Source: the human T2T-CHM13v2.0 reference genome, Homo sapiens. From it: a DNA stretch of 64,000 bases. Positions 55,801-64,000 of the stretch are shown here, in pieces; within the stretch, counting starts at the first letter, position 1; every line of letters begins with the position of its first letter. The translations under genes were made by a program, and so were the position numbers. The DNA lies in NCBI RefSeq assembly GCF_009914755.1, contig NC_060945.1, one strand, 5' to 3'. Under the pieces are notes generated by a model. It worked only from the letters and a program-made list of their open reading frames with translations. It was not told the origin of the DNA and did no database searches.

Positions 55801-58800
55801 ATTAACTTTTTGACATAACCCTGTACTGATCATCCAGGTGATGGAGCTTTTGTCTAGGCTCTGCCTAAAGGGGCATTGTGACATATTTCTGCTTTGATCA
55901 CCCAGGTGGCGACCTCTTCTCTCGGATCTGCCTATGGGGGCATTGTGAGAAATCTCTGCACTGATCACCCAGGTGATGTAACTGTTGTGTAACCTCTGCC
56001 TACAGGTTAATTGTGAGAGATCTCGTCACTGATTACCCAAGTGATGTAACCATTGACTAGGCTTTGCGTACAGGGGGCTTTGTGACATACCTTTGCACGG
56101 ATCACCCAGGTGATGTAACACATCTAAGTTCGGCCTAAAGGAGCTTTGTGACATATCTCTGCACTGATCACTTAGGTGATGTAACACTTTTATAATCACG
56201 GCCTACAGGGAATTTTGACAAATCTCTGCACTGATCACCTAGGTGATGTAACTCCTGTCTACCCTCTGTCCAACGGGGCATTGTGAAATATCTCTGCACT
56301 GATCACCCAGGTGATTCAACTCTTGACTAGGAACTGCCTACAGAGGTTATTGTGAAATATCTCTGCACTGATAAACTAGGTGGGGTAACCCTTGTCCAAG
56401 CTCTGCCTACAGGGGCGTTTCCACATATCCCTGAACTAATGACAAAGGTGATGTAACTCTTTCCTAGGCTTTACCTACAAGGAACATTGGACATATATCT
56501 GCACTGATCACCCAGGTGATGCAACTCTTGCCTAGGCTTTGCCTACAGGGGACATTGTGACATATTTCTTCAATGATCACTCATGTGATGCATCTCTTGC
56601 TAGGCTTTGCCTACAGGGGACATTGTGACATATCTCTGTACTGATCTCCCAGGTGCTGTAACTTTAGTTTAGGCTCTGGCTACACGGCATTGTGACATAT
56701 CACTGCACTGATCAACCAGGTGATATAACTCTTGTATATGCTCTGAATACAGGGGGATTGTGACCTACCTCTGCACTGATCACCCAGGTGATATAAATCT
56801 TCTCTAGGATCTGCCTACAGGGTACTTTGTAACATATCCCTGCACTGATCACCCAGGTGATCTAACTCTGGTCTAAGCTCTGCCTAAAGGGGCATTGTGA
56901 CAGATCTATGCACTGATCACTCAGGTGATGTAAGTATTGTCTAGGCTCTGCTTCAAGGGGCCTTGTCACATATCTCTGCACTGATCACCCAGGTGATGTA
57001 ACTCTTGTCTAGGCTCTGCTTCCAGGGCATATTGTGACATATCTATGCACTGATCACCTTAGTGATGTAACACTTTGGTAGGCTCGGCCTACAGGGGAAT
57101 CTTGACATATCTCTGCACTGTTAGCCGAGGTGATTTAACTCTTGTCTAGGCTGTGCCCACAGGGGTATTGAGACAAATCTCTGCACTGATCCCGAGGTGA
57201 TACAACTCTTGCCTGGTCTCTGCCTACTGTGGACATTGTGACATATCTCTGCACTGATCTCCCAGGTGCTGTAACTTTAATCTAGGCTCTGGCTACACGG
57301 CATTGTGACATATCAATGCACTGATCACCCAGGCGATATAACTCTTCTCTAGGATCTGACCACATGGTGCTTTGTGACATATCCCTGCAATGATCACCCA
57401 GGTGATATACCACTTGCCAAGGCTCTGCCTACAGGGGCATTGCAATGCATCTCTGCACTGATCACCTAGGTCTTGTAGCTATTTTCTAGGATCTGCCTAC
57501 AGGGTGCTTTGTGACGTGTCCCAGCAAGGATTACCCAGGTGATGTACCTCTCATCAAGACTCTGCCTACAGGCATATTGTGATGTATCTCTACACTGACC
57601 ACCTAGGTCATTTAACTTTTTTCTAGGCTCTACCTACGATGGCATTGTGACATATCTCTGCACTAATCATCCAAGTGATGTAACTCTTGTCTAGGATGTG
57701 CCTAAATTAACTTTTTGACATAACCCTGTACTGATCATCCAGGTGATGGAACTTTTGTCTAGGCTCTGCCTAAGGGGGCATTGTGACATATTTCTTTATT
57801 GATCACCCAGGTGGCGAACTCTTCTCTCGGATCTGCCTATGGGGGCATTGTGAGAAATCTCTGCACTGATCACCCAGGTGATGTAACTGTTTTGTAACCT
57901 CTGCCTACAGGTTAATTGTGAGAGATCTCTTCACTGATTACCCACGTGATGTAACCATTGTCTAAGCTTTGCGTACAGGGGGCTTTGTGTCATACCTTTG
58001 CACTGATCACCCAGGTGATGTAACTGTTGTGTAACCTCTGCCTACAGGGGAATTGTGAGAGATCTCGTCACTGATTACCCAAGTGATGTAAGCGTTGTCT
58101 AGGCTTTGCGTACAAGGGGCTTTGTGACATACCTTTGCACTGATCACCCAGGTGATGTAACACATCTAAGTTCTGCCTAAAGGAGCTTTGTGACATATCT
58201 CTGCACTGATCACTTAGGTGATGTAACACTTTTATAATCACTGCCTACAAGGAATTTTGACAAATCTCTGCACTGATCACCTAGGTGATGTAACTCTTGT
58301 CTACCCTCTGTCCAACGGGGCATTGTGAAATATCTCTGCACTGATCACCCAGGTGATTCAACTCTTGACTAGGAACTGCCTACAGAGGTTATTGTGAAAT
58401 ATCTCTGCACTGATAAACTAGGTGGTGTAACCCTTGTCCAAGCTCTGCCTACATGGGCGTTTCCACATATCCCTGAACTGATGACAAAGGTGATGTAACT
58501 CTTGCCTAGGCTATGCCTACAGGGAACATTGGAAATATATCTGCACTGATCACCCAGGTGATGCAACTCTTGCCTTGGCTTTGCCTACAGGGGACATCGT
58601 GACATATCTCTTCAATGATAACTCATGTGATGCATCTCTTGCCTAGGCTTTGCCTACAGGGGACATTGTGACATATCTCTGCACTGATCTCCCAGGTGCT
58701 GTAACTTTAATGTATGCTCTGGCTACACGGCATTGTGACATATCACTGCACTGATCAACCAGGTGATATAACTTTTGTATAGGCTCTGCCTACAGGGGGA

Positions 58801-61800
58801 TTGTGACCTACCTCTGCACTGATCACCCAGGTGATATAACTCTTCTCTAGGATCTTCCTACAGGGTACTTTGTGACATATCCCTGCACTGATCACCCAGG
58901 TGATCTATCTCTGGTCTAAGCTCTGCTTAAAGGGGCATTGTGACAGATCTCTGCACTGATCACTCAGGTGATGTAAGTATTGTCTAGGCTCTGCTTCAAG
59001 GGGCCTTGTCACATATCTCTTCACTGATCACCCAGGTGATGTAACTCTTGTCTAGGCTCTGCTTCCAGGGCATATTGTGACATATCTATGCACTGATCAC
59101 CTTAGTGATGTAACACTTTGGTAGGCTTGGCCTACAGGGGAATCTTGACATATCTCTGCACTGTTAACCGAGGTGATTTAACTCTTGTCTAGGCTGTGCC
59201 CACAGGGGGATTGAGACATATCTCTGCACTGATCCCGAGGTGATACAACTCTTGCCTGGTCTCTGCCTACTGTGGACATTGTGACATATCTCTGCACTGA
59301 TCTCCCAGGTGCTGTAACTTTAGTCTAGCCTCTGGCTACACGGCATTGTGACATATCACTGCACTGATCACCCAGGCGATATAACTCTTCTCTAGGATCT
59401 GACCACAGGGTGCTTTGTGACATATCCCTGCAATGATCACCCAGGTGATATACCACTTGCCAAGGCTCTGCCTACAGGGGCATTGCAATGTATCTCTGCA
59501 CTGATCACCTAGGTCATGTAACTTTTTTCTAGGCTCTACCTACGATGGCATTGTGACACATCTCTGCACTAATCATCCAACTGATATAACTCTTGTCTAG
59601 GATTTGCCGAAATTAACTTTTTGACATAACCCTGTACTGATCATCCAGGTGATGGAGCTTTTGTCTAGGCTCTGCGTAAGGGGCATTGTGACATATTTCT
59701 GCATTGATCACCCAGGTGGCGAACTCTTCTCTCGGATCTGCCTATGGGGGCATTGTGAGAAATCTCTGTACTGATCACCCAGGTGATGTAACTGTTGTGT
59801 AACCTCTGCCTACAGGGGAATTGTGAGAGATCTCGTCACTGATTACCCAAGTGATGTAACCGTTGTCTAGGCTTTGCATACAGGGGGCTTTGTGACATAC
59901 CTTTGCACTGATCACCCAGGTGATGTAACACATCTAAGTTCGCTCTAAAGGAGCTTTGTGACATATCTCTGCACTGATCACTTAGGTGATGTAACACTTT
60001 TATAATCACTGCCTACAGGGAATTTTGACAAATCTCTTCACTGATCACCTAGGTGATGTAACTCTTGTCTACCCCCTGTCCAACGGGGCATTGTGAAATA
60101 TCTCTGCACTGATCACCCAGGTGATTCAACTCTTGACTAGGAACTGCCTACAGAGGTTATTGTGAAATATCTCTGCACTGATAAACTAGGTGGTGTAAAC
60201 CTTGTCCAAGCTCTGCCTACAGGGGCGTTTCCACATATCCCTGAACTGATGACAAAGGTTATGTAACTCTTGCCTTGGCTTTGCCTACAGGGAACATTGG
60301 ACATATATCTGCACTGATCACCCAGGTGATGCAACTCTTGCCTAGGCTTTGCCTACAGGGGACATCGTGACATATCTCTTCAATGATCACTCATGTGATG
60401 CATCTCTTGCCTAGGCTTTGCCTACAGGTGACATTGTGACATATCTCTGCACTGATCTCCCAGGTGCTGTAACTTTAGTCTAGGCTCTGGCTACACGGCA
60501 TTGTGACATATCACTGCACTGATCAACCAGGTGATATAACTCTTGTATAGGCTCTGCCTACAGGGGGATTGTGACGTACCTCTGCACTGATCACCCAGGT
60601 GATATAACTCTTCTCTAGGATCTGCCTACAGGGTACTTTGTGACATATCCCTTCACTGATCACCCAGGTGATCTAACTGTGGTCTAAGCTCTGCCTAAAG
60701 GGGCATTGTGACAGATCTCTGCACTGATCACTCTGGTGATGTAAGTATTGTCTAGTCTCTGCTTCAAGGGGCCTTGTCACATATCTCTGCACTGATCACC
60801 CAGGTGATGTAACACTTGTCTAGGCTCTGCTTCCAGGGCTTATTGTGACATATCTATGCACTGATCACCTTAGTGATGTAACACTTTGGTAGGCTCGGCC
60901 TACAGGGGAATCTTGACATATCTCTGCACTGTTAACCGAGGTGATTTAACTCTTGTCTAGGCGGTGCCCACAGGGGATTTGAGATATATCTCTGCACTGA
61001 TCCCGAGGTGATACAACCCTTGCCTGGTCTCTGCCTACTGTGGACATTGGGACACATCTCTGTACTGATCTCCCAGGCGATATAACTGTTCTCTAGGATC
61101 TGACCACAGGGTGCTTTGTGACATATCCCTGCAGTGATCACCCAGGTGATATACCACTTGCCAAGGCTCTGCCTACAGGGGCATTGCAATGTATCTCTGC
61201 ACTGATCACCTAGGTCTTGTAGCTATTTTCTAGGATGTGCCTACAGGGTGCTTTGTGACGTGTTCCAGCAAGGATTACCCAGGTGATGTACCTCTCATCA
61301 AGGCTCTGCCTACAGGCACATTTTGATGTATCTCTGCACTGATCACCTAGGTCATGTAACTTTTTTCTAGGCTCTACCTACGATGGCATTGTGACATATC
61401 TCTGCACTAATCATCCAAGTGATGTAACTCTTGTCTAGGATGTGCCTAAATTAACTTTTTGACATAACCCTGTACTGATCATCCAGGTGATGGAGCTTTT
61501 GTCTAGGCTCTGCCTAAGGGGGCATTGTGACATATTTCTGCATTAATCACCCAGGTGGCGAACTCTTCTCTCGGATCTGCCTATGGGGGCATTGTGAGAA
61601 ATCTCTGCACTGATCACCCAGGTGATGTAACTGTTGTGTAACCTCTGCCTACAGGGGAATTGTGAGAGATCTCGTCACTGATTACCCAAGTGATGTAACC
61701 GTTGTCTAGGCTTTGCATACAGGGGGCTTTGTGACGTACGTTTGCACTGATCACCCAGGTGATGTATCACATCTAAGTTCGGCCTAAAGGAGCTTTGTGA

Positions 61801-64000
61801 CATATCTCTGCACTGATCACTTAGGTGATGTAACACTTTTATAATCACTGCCTACAGGGAATTTTGAAAAATCTCTGCACTGATCACCTAGGTGATGTAA
61901 CTCTTCTCTACCCTCTGTCCAACGGGGCATGGTGAAATGTCTCTGCACTGATCACCCAGGTGATTCAACTCTTGACTAGGAACTGCCTACAGAGGTTATT
62001 GTGAAATATCTCTGCACTGATAAACTAGGTGGTGTAAACCTTGTCCAAGCTCTGCCTACAGGGGCGTTTCCACATATCCCTGAACTGATGACAGAGGTGA
62101 TGTAACTCTTGCCTAGGCTTTGCCTGCAGGAAACATTGGACATATATCTGCACTGATCACCCAGGTGATGCAACTCTTGCTTAGGCTTTGCCTACAAGGG
62201 ACATTGTGACATATCTCTTCAATGATCACACATGTGATGCATCTCTTGCCTAGGCTTTGCCTACAGGGGACATTGTGACATATCCCTGCACTGATCTCCC
62301 AGGTGCTGTAACTTTAGTCTAGGCTCTGTCTACACGGCATTGTGACATATCACTGCACTGATCAACCAGGTGATATAACTCTTGTATTGGCTCTGCCTAA
62401 AGGGGGATTGTGACCTACCTCTGCACTGATCACCCAGGTGATATAACTCTTCTCTAGGATCTTCCTACAGGGTACTTTGTGACATATCCCCGCACTGATC
62501 ACCCAGGTGATCCATCTCTGGTCTAAGCTCTGCCTAAAGGGGCATTGTGACAGATCTCTGCACTGATCACTCAGGTGATGTAATTAATGTCTAGGCTCTG
62601 CTTCAAGGGGCCTTGTCACATATGTCTGCACTGATCACCTAGGTAATGTAACTCTTGTCTAGGCTCTGCTTCCAGGGCATATTGTGACATATCTATGCAC
62701 TGATCACCTTAGTGATGTAACACTTTTGTAGGCTCGGCCTACAGGGGAATCTTGACATATCTCTGCACTGTTAACCGAGGTGATGTAACACTTGTCTAGA
62801 CTGTGCCCACAGGGGGATTGAGTCATATCTCTGCACTGATCCCGAGGTGATACAACTCTTGCCTGGTCTCTGCCTACTGTGGACATTGTGACATATCTCT
62901 GCACTGATCCCCCAGGTGCTGTAACTTTAGTCTAGGCTCTGGGCACACGGCATTGTGACATATCACTGCACTGATCACCCAGGCGATATAACTGTTCTCT
63001 AAGATCTGACCACAGGGTGCTTTGTGACATATCCCTGCAATGATCACCCAGGTGATATACCACTTGCCAAGGCTCTGCCTACAGGGGCATTGCAATGTAT
63101 CTCTGCACTGATCACCTAGGTCTTGTAGCTATTTTCTAGGATCTGCCTACAGGGTGCTTTGTGACGTGTCCCAGCAAGGATTACCCAGGTGATGTAGCTC
63201 TCATCAAGGCTCTGCCTACAGGCACTTTGTGATGTATCTCTGCACTGATCACCTAGGTCATGTAACTTTTTTCTAGGCTCTACCTACGATGGCATTGTGA
63301 CATATCTCTGCACTAATCATCCAAGTGATGTAACCCTAGTCTATGATGTGCCTAAATTAACTTTTTGACATAACCCTGTACTGATCATCCAGGTGATGGA
63401 GCTTTTGTCTAGGCTCTGCCTAAGGGGGCATTGTGACATTATTCTGCATTGATCACCCAGGTGGCGAACTCTTCTCTCGTATCTGCCTATGGGGGCATTG
63501 TGAGAAACCTCTGCACTGATCACCCAGGTGATGTAACTGTTGTGTAACCTCTGCCTACAGGGGAATTGTGAGAGATCTCGTCACTGATTACCCAAGTGAT
63601 GTAACCGTTGTCTAGGCTTTGCATACAGGGGGCTTTGTGACATACCTTTGCACTGATCAGCCAGGTGATGTAACACATCTAAGTTCGGCCTAAAGGAGCT
63701 TTGTGACATATCTCTGCACTGATCACTTAGGTGATGTAACACTTTTATAATCACTGCCTACAGGGAATTTTGACAAATCTCTGCACTGATCACCTAGGGG
63801 ATGTAACTCTTGTCTACCCTCTGTCCAACGGGGCATTGTGAAATATCTCTGCACTGATCGCCCAGGTGATTCAACTCTTGACTAGGAACTGCCTACAGAG
63901 GTTATTGTGAAATATCTCTGCACTGATAAACTAGGTGGTGTAACCCTTGTCCAAGCTCTGCCTGCAGGGGCCTTTCCACATATCCCTGAACTGATGACAG
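34880..64000 (-). repeat. Beta satellite (68-bp Sau3A family) array with ~1906-bp 28-mer higher-order repeat; runs past the window end
   Basis: Monomer is the reverse complement of GATCAGTGCAGAGATATGTCACAATGCCCCTGTAGGCAGAGCCTAGACAAGAGTTACATCACCTGGGT. Marker caacgggg recurs at 35719, 37623, 41023, 42929, 44835, 46741, 48647, 50553, 52459, 54365, 56271, 58313, 60081, 61920 and 63826. Confidence 0.97.

Noticed and set aside
35234-63523. Recurrent 60-137-aa minus-strand ORFs
   Set aside because: Beta-satellite translations that recur with the HOR period. Used only as positional markers.
34880-64000. D4Z4/DUX4-like or LSau units often found with beta satellite
   Set aside because: No GC-rich interruption seen; the array is pure 68-bp monomers in this window.

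Overview
Primate, most likely human, heterochromatin boundary with no credible protein-coding or RNA gene. Three domains. (1) 1-12245: AT-rich sequence with interspersed repeats (MIR, a tiny young L1 with TSDs, MER21-like LTR, MER5A, L2, AluSc, a 5'-truncated L1PA with an apparent 3' transduction, a MER34-like solo LTR carrying a copied piece of flanking DNA, L1MA and L1PA fragments). (2) 12246-34870: diverged HSat3-type (CATTC/CACTC)n satellite whose first ~10 kb is a composite repeat with about 29 copies of a ~55-bp antisense Alu fragment. (3) 34880-64000: 68-bp beta satellite organised as a ~1906-bp 28-mer higher-order repeat, with variant units and a nested 7624-bp duplication. This layout is typical of acrocentric short arms or pericentromeres, but the locus cannot be fixed from sequence alone. 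Repeat family names come from recalled consensus sequences, not a database search. All long ORFs are satellite or L1 artefacts. I found no new gene system; the notable signals are repeat architecture and insertion or repair footprints.
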